A DNA stretch of 64,000 bases. Origin: Marsupella aquatica (Eukaryota; Plantae; Marchantiophyta). The first letter of the stretch is position 1; each line of letters opens with the position of its first letter. Shown here in pieces: positions 52,921-64,000 of this stretch. The stretch lies in contig OZ316892.1 in assembly GCA_973895155.1 (NCBI GenBank), positions 26,001,233 to 26,065,232 of the forward strand. The letters run 5' to 3'. A program made the position numbers and the translations under genes. Under the pieces are notes generated by a model that worked only from the letters and a program-made list of their open reading frames with translations, searched no databases and was not told the origin of the DNA.

Positions 52921-54180
52921 TATGTATGTAGTAGAGTCCTGTTTATAGGGCATTGGGGGATAATGCCCCAAGAGTTTCAACTTGAGTTTTCTGGGCATTT
53001 TGGGATAATGCCCCCCAAAAAGTGAGAGTTTAAGACAATGAAGTCATGGGGCAGGAGGGTGGGGAGGACTATGCAACTATGTATATAGTAGAGTCCTGTT
53101 TATTGGGCAGTGTGGGATAATGCCCCCCCCCCCCCCAATAAGAGTTTCAACTTTGAGTTCATTGGGCATTATGGGATAACTCCCCCCAAAATGCAAGTTT
53201 TCAGCTTGAGTTTTGACTGATTGTTATTGCCCAGGATGTTTTGGTAGTGGAATGTTTGTGTAATGCCCACAAATGTTCTGGTAATAGTACCTGAATCCAC
53301 CCAAAGGCTTAAGAGAATTTTGTTTCACTTGTTTAGTAAAGTAAAGACGTATGTTCATAATCAGACCATCCAAATGTTGCTTGTGCATTCTTCTCCAAGA
53401 AAGATAACCAAATTGAGAAGAAAGGAAAAATCACGAACACCTTGGTAAGAGGGCAATTGTAGATGCCCCTATAATAAAGTTCTGTCTAAAAGCGTTCTGT
53501 GCTATAATGCCCCTAAAACGAGAGCTTAGGCTATATTGTCTTTTCTCCTGTATTGGATGAGGCTTGAGGGCTATTAATGCCCATAATGCTCTGGTAAGAC
53601 CTTGCTACACTTAAAAGGCCTAAGAGATTTCTGTTTTGATGAGTTTTAGTAACAGGTAGACGGAGGAGAAATTTCTGAACCTGTTGATCCAAATCTTGAG
53701 TGTGCATTCTTCTTCAATAATGCCCTGAAACTTTGAATTGAAGAGAAATTTTTTTAAAGGGCATTAAGGTAGGCAAAGAGAGATTTTAAGTTTTACTATT
53801 TTTAGTAAAAGGAGAAGAGAAGTTTCATGATCCCCCATCCAAATCTAGACTGAAAATTCCAAAGAGAAAACTCTTGAAGGACATTAAGATGGGAGAAGGG
53901 GTCTGGGGAGGGGATTATTCAATAGAGATTCACAGTCTATAAGAAGCTAAATAGTCAAATAGGAATAGATCAAGCGGCCAGATGAAGAGACCCCAAGAAA
54001 GATAGTATAAATTGTGGGCCAAACAGTTACGCCACGTAAGCAAAATTTGGGGCTTAGGGCCGCTCTCCAAAGATACTATAAAATTTGGGACAAACATGTG
54101 CTCCATATGATAAGCAAAATTTGGGCTCTCCATTTTGTAAAGTGAACTACAGGTGTTTATCGCTAATGGGATGGACATAA

Positions 54181-54801
54181 GGGTGGCTTTACAAGACGTT
54201 GGGGGCAGTTTCCACATTTTTTTTGTGTCCAAGATCTGATCAAGGCCATCCATTTGAGAGAAATTGCTGTTGTTCACTTTACAAAACCTTGGGGGCACTT
54301 TCAACCGAACCTGTTACCAATCCTACATGGAATGCAGTGGGGCCCAATTTTTGCTTATGTGGAGCACTCTTTTGTCCTAGATTTTAGACCACCTCTCTTG
54401 GTGGTCTTTTCTTCTGGCTGTTTGGTCCATTTCTATTTTAAGTCATTTGTAATAAAAGGGGACCCACAAGTCCTTCATAAGATATTCTCTTCTCACATTT
54501 ACAAAGACTTTAGCCAAAGATTAGGTGACATTCAGGTGGAGTGGGTCCTCAATCTGTCTTTTAGTCAATTAATCTGGCACCATTGGCTGCACTTGGCTTT
54601 ACAAGACTTTGGGGGCAATAAAAGGATTCAAAAAATGCTTTTAGCCCCGGGACACTATATTTAGTGTGTGCAATGGCACTCCAGGTTGCTTTGGTAAAAA
54701 AAACTCCCACGTGCCCCCGAGGTCTTGTAAAGTCCTCCTAAATCACATCTTGGGGACCCCCAAAAAAATCGAAAGTGCCACCAATTTCTTGTAAAGTCAC
54801 C
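54181..54801. mobile_element. MITE with ~30-bp TIRs (PIF/Harbinger-Tourist-like)
   Basis: Left GGTGGCTTTACAAGACGTTGGGGGCAGTTT vs right reverse complement GGTGACTTTACAAGAAATTGGTGGCACTTT; TAA on the left flank; TIR motif repeated internally. Confidence 0.7.
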
Positions 54802-55039
54802 ATGACGTCAGTGAGCTAGAAAAATGCAAAAGTGAATACCTACTACCGTAAGTATTCCAAAACGACAGGACAAATAAAAGTGAGAAAACAGAGATCCAAT
54901 AATAAAAGGGGAGAAGACAAGGGAAGTGCTGAGGTCAGTGGGCCAGGAAAGTGGTGCCAGGCAACAGCCTCTGAAGGTTCTTGTTGCCATCACCCACTCC
55001 AATCTCGATTTTGATGTCAAAACTACAGTTTCCTGTTGT

Positions 55040-55440
55040 AGGTGTATTATTGCTCTCTGTCTCTTCTCTCTCAATTTTGGTTCTTCTCTCTCTCGTCTCA
55101 ATTTTGGTTTCAGTTTAGTGTTGTAGGTTTTTTCTCTCTGTCTCGTCTCTCAATTTTGGCTCTTATTTCAATTCTGGCTCTTCTCCCTCTCGTCTCAATT
55201 CTGGTTGCGGTTTACTTGTAGGTCTTTCTTTCTTTCTCTTCTCTCAATTTTCGTTCTGCTCTCTCTCGTCTCAAATTTGGTTTTGCAGTTTGCTGTTGTA
55301 GATATTTCTCTCTCTGTCTCTTCTCTCAATTTTGATTCTTCTCTCTCTCGTCTAAATTTTGGTTTTGCAGTTTACTGTTGTAGGTATTTCTCTGTGTCTC
55401 TTCATCAATTTTGGTTCTTCTCTCGTCTCAATTTTGGTCT
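55040..55440. repeat. CT-rich tandem array (TCTCGTCTCAATTTTGGTT units)
   Basis: More than 10 degenerate units. Confidence 0.85.
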
Positions 55441-56111
55441 GTGCTCTGGCTGCAACAGTTTGAGTGGTGTAGAGATCCTATGCTGAGTAGTAGAGAAATC
55501 GACAAAATGGTGAAATGGCAGAGCTGAGTTCAGGACGTCATGATTGCATTTGTGGAGTGGTGTTCTCCTGGGGAATTGAAGATATGGGCTGAATCAATGT
55601 GCGACAGGAGACCCCACATTTTCATAGTTTATTCCAGACTATTATAGAGCAGAGGCCGATGAAAGCGGCGATATGGCTTTGTATTCATCGCAACAGCTTT
55701 GTAGTCATCTACCCATATACAATACAAGGGCAAGTGTCCAACATTTCTCACTTTTTCCTCATTCCACTCACTTCTTTCCTCTGAGGTGCCATCTCCTCCA
55801 TGATTTCAGGAAAAGAGAATTGTTTATAGTGAAATTTAGATCCCCGTAGCTCCTGAAGGGGCAGTTGTGGTACCCTATCGTGAAATCGCTTGTCAATCTG
55901 CTTTCGGAAGCAACCTTTGGCACTTGGAAGGAGCATCTTCTCCAGTTCCCGCTCATCTGATGTTCTGCCTCTTGAGCATTCTCACTAGGTCTTGATTCAC
56001 CTTCGAGATCATCAATAGCTAATTCAGCTCTCAACTCTCTCCACTTCTTCTGGTTCTGAGGAGAGCAACATCACATCAATCCTCGTGCGTCCGGCTTCAC
56101 CGACATCGAAA

Positions 56112-57191
56112 ATGTTCACCCCCGTCTCCTCCGCCATCGGCGCTCTCCTCCTCTCCGCAAGCACAACCTTCCTCTTGTACACTTCTGGCCGCATCCTCGG
56201 CGTCTCCAGCATCTTGCGCAGTCTGCCCGCCGCCCCGTCTCTAACTTTCAATGTGCCCTTGTTGGCCGGAATTGGAGCAAGCGTGCCGCTGATCAAGCTC
56301 ATCTTGCCGAATTACATTCCCGCTTACCTGCCCATTGAAACGTTCGGACTGGGGCAAGTATCGCCCGGGGCAAATGAATTGATAGTGGTGGTATTGACAG
56401 GCGCTCTGACCGGATGGGGAACCAAGGCCGGGTGCGGCTGCACGTCTGGGCACATGCTCTGCGGGTTGTCGAGATTTTCGATGCGGAGTTTGATTGCGGT
56501 CGGCATCTTCTTTCCGGTCGCGGTGTTGACAACTGGTCTCTCCGGGGTACTGGATTCTGCAGGATGCGGGGCGCAGCCCTGCTACACTGCCGTTTGGCCC
56601 ACGGGCACGGACGCAATGGTAATGGGAGGGTCGGCCATAGTTGCATTCCTCGGCAACAACATTTGGCGACGCTGGTTGGAAAAGGGGGATAAGATTGGTC
56701 CTCTGTCTGAGTCGGAGGTGGTGGCAAGTCCCTTGTTAAGTGAAGGGGCTGACGTTGATGCAACGCCGGTTCAAGAGCGCAAGCTGGCGAAGGCTGCTGT
56801 GGCATTTGTGGCAGGACTCGAGTTCGGCATGGGTCTCCTGATTTCAGGGATGGCTGATCCGATGAAATTGATCCGATTCTTCGCTCTTCCCTTTGACATC
56901 TCGAAATGGGACCCCTCGCTCACCCTGGTTATGATTTTCGGGTTGGGACCCAACATTCTTACTACTCTTTTCAAGGGGCTGAGCGTCAAGCCGGCGTTGG
57001 ACAGGAAGCTCTGGTTGCCTCAAGGGAAGGTGTCTGATATTGGGTTGAGATATGTTCTCGGAGCCGGCGCGTTTGGAGTCGCCTGGGGACTGTCTGGGGT
57101 GTGCCCCGGGCCGGGAGTTGTTAGGACTATGCTTCAACCTGTTTGGGGTGTTGTGTGGCTGGCTGGATACTGGATTGGAGGATTCTTCTAG
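56112..57191 (+). CDS. YeeE/YedE-family (thiosulfate/sulfur transporter-like) membrane protein, intronless, fungal-type fused architecture
   Basis: 359-aa ORF MFTPVSSAIGALLL...GRILGVSSIL; GCTSGHMLCGLSRFSMRS; FGMGLLISGMADP; WDPSL; FGVAWGLSGVCPGPG. These are the conserved Cys motifs of YeeE/YedE. Confidence 0.9.
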   Translation: MFTPVSSAIGALLLSASTTFLLYTSGRILGVSSILRSLPAAPSLTFNVPLLAGIGASVPLIKLILPNYIPAYLPIETFGLGQVSPGANELIVVVLTGALTGWGTKAGCGCTSGHMLCGLSRFSMRSLIAVGIFFPVAVLTTGLSGVLDSAGCGAQPCYTAVWPTGTDAMVMGGSAIVAFLGNNIWRRWLEKGDKIGPLSESEVVASPLLSEGADVDATPVQERKLAKAAVAFVAGLEFGMGLLISGMADPMKLIRFFALPFDISKWDPSLTLVMIFGLGPNILTTLFKGLSVKPALDRKLWLPQGKVSDIGLRYVLGAGAFGVAWGLSGVCPGPGVVRTMLQPVWGVVWLAGYWIGGFF

Positions 57192-57445
57192 GTGATGAAA
57201 AAGTTCTAGAGAAGTGTTTATCAAAAATTGTTTTGTGCCAGTTTCTGAACTCAAGCAACGGATGGGGTTGGAGGATTGGTGTAGGTGATGACGGAGTTCT
57301 GGAAGAGCCTGTATAAGCATTGAAACTTGCCAGGTTCTGGACTCAAGCGACGGATTGGGTTAGGGGATTTTCTTAGGTGATGGAGGAGGTCTAGAGGAGT
57401 GTGTGCATACATCGAGCTGGGGAAGGTTCTTGACTCAAGCAACGG
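57172..57445 (+). repeat. Diverged ~92-bp tandem triplication starting in the last codons of the YeeE gene
   Basis: GGATT..TAGGTGATG...TCT.GA...CCAG.TTCTG.ACTCAAGC.ACGGA three times. Confidence 0.8.
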
Positions 57446-57799
57446 AGTTTGCTTTCGCTCCTCGTTGCCCGTCTCAACATCTTCCTTCAAATGGAAGTCT
57501 TTTTTACCATTATTGCTCCAAAAGCTTCATCAGAAGAAAAAGCTCATCGTCATAGCTTTCGAACGTATCAGTCGGAACCCGAATTGTCTTCAACATTGAT
57601 GAATCACTCTGTGCAAAATGGCTGCTCTTTGGAATGTAAAATTAGCTTTGTGCTCATGTCATATCTACAATCTGGTCCCCTTGGACGAGGAGAAACGTAG
57701 TATTCCAAGACACTCCGATCAATGTAAGTTCGAGTGTGAGGTCTATGATTATGACCCAAAGTTCTCGATCGAGATTGTAGTATCCAAGCTAGCGATGTG

Positions 57800-60700
57800 T
57801 AGAACAGAGCTCTTACACAAGGGCTAGTGTCGAAATATCTAGATCTTGTCCCGAATCTGACGAAATGGATTCAGAGATGAGTCTACAGTCAGAAGGTCAA
57901 ATCCTGATGAGTCTCATGATAAGCAGGCACATGAAGCCGAACTGAGAAATTGTACTGGCTGTCCAAGAGCAAGCATTGATTCTTACATGTATAAAATTCT
58001 CCACCACCAAGCATGTGGGAGCTTGGTCATCTCCACAAATTAAACTCGCCTGTCCTGGTTCCGTCTTCACCAGACTCTTTGCCCTGGAAATCGAATGTGA
58101 TTTGACCAAACTGGGTGACCAAACCATCATCTGAAGCAACCACAATGTACAATCCAATTTCTCTTGACCAGACTGGCTGACAGAAACATCATCCGAAGCA
58201 ACCGAAATGTGCACTCGTGATGCAGCCCAAATTGATGCACCGTACAGTAGAGTAGTGATGCATAACTCACAAGGGGTACACTAGTGACTGGCCATGGGGC
58301 GCTTCTAAGGGCAAGAGCTACGGGGAGACTTACATGGGAAACAAACTCTACCCGTGAAGCAACTGGTAGGTGCCCTTCGCTTGATGTTAAGTTAGATTGA
58401 ATTTATGTATATAGCAAAGTACTACAAGCAAACCAGAGCTTCAGCTAGAGCACAGCCTGCATTACGACGACAATCTTGTAGAGCTGACCGGGACCAGGAC
58501 TGCACAGGCCTTGGGGCATTCAAGTTTTTGTGGCAGGAAAGAGATTGATGGCTTACTATTGTGCCTGTACCAGAGAGGGTGTTTAGATTGACCACGGATC
58601 CAACGTGGTCGCAGGTTCAAAAAGTGAATCCCAAGTATCACTGGATTGAAGTTGGGTCGAACTTCCGATCTTGCTGACTGTGGAACTTTCATGCAATGCC
58701 GCTACCATGCGATCATTGAGCTGGGTAAATAATCCTGTATCTCCCTGATGGTCGAATTGGTTGTTTTGCTGGGCCTTAGTGACATAGTAAGCAAAGCCCA
58801 AGAACCTGGAAGTCTCTGCTACTGCAGATGGATGGTGGTGGGAGTGTTCAGCTGTGGTACTAGAGATCAATGCACTCTAAAAGACGTTACTTGAAAAGTC
58901 CAACTTCGTCGCCTCATCCAGTGGCGCTCTAGATTGTATCCGCTGCCAGAATGGAACTAATAGTTACACAAGCAACCTTCCACAAGATTGCAGATGAGTC
59001 GTCCTTATGTACGAAATGCGAAAGACAACCGTGACTCCTATATTGGAGGAATAAAAACTTGGGGGTACTTGTAAAACTTCCTTCATGTGACAATCAAGTA
59101 AGGAGCACTGTATATGCTGGCTATTTGAATCCCGAAAGGGTCTACCTGGTAGAATGAGTCTTAGTTCTAATTTGCACATGTCTTTCTGTGTTGTCGCAGG
59201 AAAATCTTACAGCTAGCTATCGGCTGATCCCCGTATTGAGCAGGGAAAAATGATAAGCTATTGAGGGTGACGGTACCGGGTTTGGACGAGGTTTGGAGCA
59301 CTGTGTTCCTTTGCTTCGCTTCTATTGTGAGGAATTCCTCCACTCCAATGACTCCCCACTCGCATCGACTTGTTGTTCTGCATGAATAGTCGAGACTTCT
59401 GCCCAATTTCCTACTCACAGGGTCTGATATCACTTGTACCCAAGTTTTTCTTTGAATATATGGTATGCAGGACAATATGGTTCGAAAGGGTTCTTTCTTG
59501 GAGGGCGATAAACAAGAGCACTTGCGCCAAAGTTTTACAGAGGCCAATGTGCAGGTACTCCGGTGGTTGCTGTGGGATTTGAAAGGAAGAGTTTCTCACA
59601 CTTTTTCCTCTCAAGAGAATGTTTGTAACTGTAATATAGAGCACTTGTCAAGTGTTCGTCAGATGCACTCTTTGGCACAAATTTATTTTGCGTCATTTGG
59701 TCCCTCACTTTAAAGATATTGTACACGAAACGGTTCCAGACAATCAGAGATTTGTTGCATTAAATGAGGATTTGACAATTTGCGGTTGCATTAAGGTGTG
59801 AATGGAAAGTGCTCTCTTCCGTATCATTCACGAAACAGTGCAGATTAGGCTTCAGAGTTCAGTCGACTCAGCGCATATTCCATATTGCAAATTACAATTG
59901 AGATCAGAGCCACAATTCGCATCTATCTTGATTGATATTCATCGCGTGTCGCTCCGAGAGATATCCTGCAGAAAGTTATCTCATACGAAATAGCAATTGC
60001 GACTGACAATTTCGAAATAATCTTAGAAGCTCTTACCTGGCTTGTAAAAGGTCTTCCATCTGCTTGCTTGCCTTGAAAAGATACCAAATCGTTTGGCTTT
60101 CCGGTTCCGTTTGATCAAGAGACAAGATTTTGACATTGGACTTACCGCGAGTCGGACATTCATTGCCATGAACGGAATGTGATGAAACAAATAACAGATT
60201 CTCTAATTCGGCTTCTGAATCAACAACTCTGTTCGTACTGCTTGATGACCAATGCCCAACAGTACGTGCTCTGGCCTCTAGATGAAGTTCTTATTGGATG
60301 ATTCAACGGCACTGGATCATGTTGCGAGCACAGAATCGTAGTTCTCGCGAGATATTGCTCCATTTGATGAGATTGATCGAGGAACGTCGACCATTTCCAA
60401 TGTAGCTTGAAAACCGTATATCAACCTCAACATCAGGCTCTTACTGAATGATTCAAACGGCATTCGATCATGCTGCGAGCACGGAATAGTAGTTCTCGCG
60501 AGAAACTGCTCCAGTTGATGAGATTGATTGAGGAACGTTGAGTCTTCGACCATTGGGATCAACAGCAATCTGTCTGCCGTGAGTTGCGCATAAGCGACAA
60601 GGGAACAACGGCACAAAGAGACTAGGAGCCGCAGCAGCCAGCGGCTAATACGTAATACAGCTTACGAGTAGAGTAATACTGTTCTAACAGCTCAACCTGT

Positions 60701-60830
60701 TGTTCTGAAGGAAAGCTTGCACGACCTGTCTTTTCGTTTATGGGAGTAAACTCTATGTTTCTTCGTTTCATTTCGTATTTCAAGTACCTGACTTTTCGGA
60801 ACGGAATGCCCGAGACGTTGTCCATGACGC
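57800..60830 (-). pseudogene. Degenerate coding-like relic of unknown family
   Basis: Exon MDNVSGIPFRKVRYLKYEMKRRNI...LLEQYYST followed by a GTAAG donor; further donors at ~60145 and ~60036; many broken ORFs; internal ~110-bp duplication (60290-60560). Confidence 0.3.
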
Positions 60831-62355
60831 CCCCATGGACTGATACAACCCCCATGGACTGGCATAGCATTGTTTACATGTATGCTGAGAAAAGACCTGT
60901 AAATGGAAGAGTATCTGTTTTCAGTTGACCCACATATGGCTCTGTAAAGTTTTTTGTTTAAAGAGGAAATTTGTGAAACCCCTTGTTGTTTTTAGAGGAA
61001 ATCTGTGAAACCCCACAGAAAGAGAAAAGTCAACCACAATAGTTGAACCCGAGACAAATTACAAGTGAGTTATCACAAAGACATGTCTCTCGAGCATCAC
61101 TCTATAAAGTTACATCACTTTGTTATGCTTCATGGTCAAGTATCATTCTTTCTATTTCTTTACTCAAGTGAGTTATCACAAAGTCATGCCTCTCTAGCAT
61201 CACTCTGTCATACTTCACAGTCAAGTATCATTCTTTCTACTTTACAGTAACATGTCACTTGGTCATACTATATAGTCACATATCACGCTGTCTACTTTAC
61301 AGTAACTTATCAGTCTGTCCAAAAAATCAATGTTGAGTGAAATTTTTGGTTTATAATATTGGATCATGTGATGATTACTGCAAATATATAATATAATGCA
61401 AAGGAGCAAAAACTGAGAGACAGGGTCCCAAAATCAAAGCAACCCAATAAAAGGAGTGACAAATTGGAAATGTAACTACTGTAATAATCTCAGAAAAGCC
61501 TCAAACTGTGAGAGGAAATAGATTCAATATCAGTCAACATGCTAACACAATCAGGGCTTAGCTGGAGATTCATAAATACTTCAAATAAATGGACAGCAAC
61601 TATTTGTAGCATCCAACTGATTAGGCACACGGTCCGACTGAATACTCGTAGAGTCTCACAAAACTACTCGTAGCAGCTGACTGAAATACTCATAGTACAC
61701 TATAAGACTACTGCCAGCTAGAATACAAGGTTGCCCATTTTTATAACCTGATACTCATTCAAATTTGCAGTGTCCCAAAATGACAAACATAAAACAATTT
61801 AACAAATATAAAAGAATTTTTCTCATCTGACTATTTTTTTTATCACATTGGCATCTTTATCTCACCAGGATCCATTTTTCTCACCCTCTACATTTTTTCT
61901 CTCCTCAACATCTTTTACTCATCTTTATATTTTTTTCTCACCTCTTCATCTTTTCTCACCTTGACATCTTTTCATCACCTCAACATTTTTTGTGCAAGGC
62001 ATGGGCACAGGGCTATGTCCAATTAAAAGCTGTGGCCCCCATGATTTACTCCAGCCTGATTGAGGCACCCACTCTAAGTACTTGAAAATTGGTTCCTGCT
62101 GTCATTTACCACTTAATTTGTTAACCCTAATTAATTATAGTAACCATAAGTTTTTCATCCATACTTAGTCCGTTGAGCCTGAAATTTGGTTTCAGTCATG
62201 TAAAGCTTGTACTGATTGTCCATACTAGTTGCCATGGGATTGGACAACCTGTCAGTCCTTTTGGACATGGGCATTTATTTTCTCTTTGTCTTAGAAACTC
62301 CCTCTCCACAATGGCCTCCTTCCCTCCCTCACTATAAGTACAACCAGTGGGTTTA

Positions 62356-62490
62356 CCCCCCAACTCATGGCATGACCAACAGAAAAGAGAGCAGGGTTTA
62401 GCCCCAACTCATGGAATGACCAACAGAAAAGAAAGCTGTTCAGCCCTAACTCATGGAACGACTAACAGAAAAGAGAGGGGAACTCATGGA
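62356..62490 (+). repeat. ~38-40-bp tandem repeat x3-4
   Basis: CCCAACTCATGG.ATGACCAACAGAAAAGA units. Confidence 0.85.
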
Positions 62491-63517
62491 ACCGCAGATT
62501 TTTGGTCTGCGACCCGGCCCGCAGCATTTTGGGTAATGGGAAACCTCCAGGAAACAGCTACAGTACGTAATTACTGTCAGGAAGAAAGGTTACCCTAAAC
62601 CCTCAACCTTTTCCACTAGATGCTACCAGTTCCAGAATCGTGTGCCCAGAAAGTCTTACGCGATAATCTTTTTCCCAGATAGGTATTATGTATGATAATG
62701 ACTGTCTGAGCTGGGGTTTGTTGACAGTCACTTTGCTTCATGAATCATCGCAAAGTATCATGCGTTTCTAAGTGAGAAGTATGCTTGTATCCGGCTGTTA
62801 TGCTGTGTCCACTCCTCGGATATTACAGCTTGTTATCTGCTTGTTTGCATTGACAATTAGTAGGGACGTGCCTTGTATGTATCATATTTCACCGTAGATC
62901 TGTGTTCTACCTCCTGATGGATTAAAATCCACCTGTATCACTGGTGTGTATGTATGTGGTGCCCCCGCCTCCCCTTTCTCATTCATAGAAGGAGATCAAT
63001 AAATTTGTTCTCTTTAGGGTTCTAATTTGAAACCTTCCCACAAAGCTCAGAAAAATGTTAATGGTCGTGGGGTTTTTTAATGCCTCTCGGCTTACCACAG
63101 CTTGCCACATATGCAGATTTATATCTCATTATTTTGGTGGTATCTGGGGTGTATTTATATGCATGACATTTATGGATACAGATTTTTCGAAAACACAAAC
63201 TCGATACTGCTGTACGATGGAATACGTATGATTGATGGGCGAGACCAACGTGTAGACACACGTTTCAATCTTGGCTGTCAAAATAGAATATGCCTACGTA
63301 ACGTATATTGCGGGTCCCCAATTACTCCTTAATGGAGTATTGGGGCTTCCGTATGCCTCCCTGCTCCCGCGGGTCAGCATACGGTCACCTCCAGTACTCC
63401 ATTACCTCCAGTACTCCATTAAGGAACAACAGGGACCATAAACATATACTTTCTGGCTGTCACCTGTCAGCAGTTATTGGCTTGTCAGCATTTACTCACT
63501 TTCTGGTCAGGGTTTAG

Positions 63518-64000
63518 CAGGGTTTGAAGTGACGGGCAAGTTGCCGAGTTGCCAGGCACGTAAACTCATCATTTGCCGGACCAAAATGACTCTATTTGCC
63601 GGATGTTCCCGATTATTCCTGGGCCCGGCCTGGCCCCTCACCCGGCCCCTCACCCGGACCCGGCCCCGTCCGGGGTCCCCTTCCTCCCGAACCCCCCTCC
63701 TCCCGAACTCCCCTTCCCTCCTCCCGAACTCCTGATCTCCCCCTCCCGAACTCCCCCTCCTCCCGAACCTGCCGGCCCAGCCCGGGGAAGGGGAGCTCGG
63801 GAAGGGGAGACCGGGGGGTGGGGCCGGGGAAGGGGAGTTTGGGAAGGGGAGACCAGGGGCATGGGGCCGGGGGCCCTAGGTAAGCCATAGGCCGGGTGAC
63901 GACTTGCCCTTGACGGGGTCTAAAGACTGGGTTATAAAGGCTCTATTTGCCGGGCAAGTCCAAAGGGTGGGGGGGGGGGGGGTTTAGGGTACCCCAGACC
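63518..64000. mobile_element. End of a hAT-like DNA transposon with a GC-rich fold-back interior (runs off the window)
   Basis: Begins CAGGGTTTGAAGTGACGGGCAA; TTGCC/GGCAA subterminal repeats; C-rich arm 63617-63785 mirrored by G-rich arm 63781-63880. Confidence 0.55.

Noticed and set aside
56024-57490. Antisense ORFs over the YeeE gene
   Set aside because: Shadows of a GC-rich coding strand and its tandem repeat.
63573-63890. Pro/Gly-rich ORFs on both strands
   Set aside because: Artefact of the GC-rich fold-back repeat.

Overview
Eukaryotic, intron-rich land-plant DNA. Gene content, TTTAGGG repeats and protein divergence suggest a bryophyte, probably a complex thalloid liverwort (inference only). 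Genes read by hand, left to right: last exon of a MAM33/mitochondrial-glycoprotein gene, preceded by three U36a-like C/D snoRNAs (probably intronic); IMPDH (+); a SYMRK/DMI2-type malectin-like LRR receptor kinase (+) with an eroded ectodomain; TMEM97/EXPERA (-); POB1/LRB-type BTB protein (-); GDSL lipase (-); a ~16-exon helical protein resembling SIMC1/NSE5 of SMC5/6 (+); an intronless, fungal-looking YeeE/YedE sulfur-transporter gene (+); and a decayed unknown gene relic (-). Intergenic DNA holds a solo LTR with TSD, a Helitron, MITEs, a LINE fragment, satellites and an inverted duplication. Best leads: (1) candidate fungus-to-plant transfer of YeeE/YedE, perhaps within a larger foreign block; (2) a symbiosis receptor SYMRK apparently under relaxed selection; (3) a putative NSE5/SIMC1 homologue; (4) a repeat family lying directly upstream of genes in gene-sense orientation. 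Single-base indels in two conserved genes suggest local assembly errors, so all frameshift claims need read-level checks. All homology calls come from recalled motifs; no database search was run.
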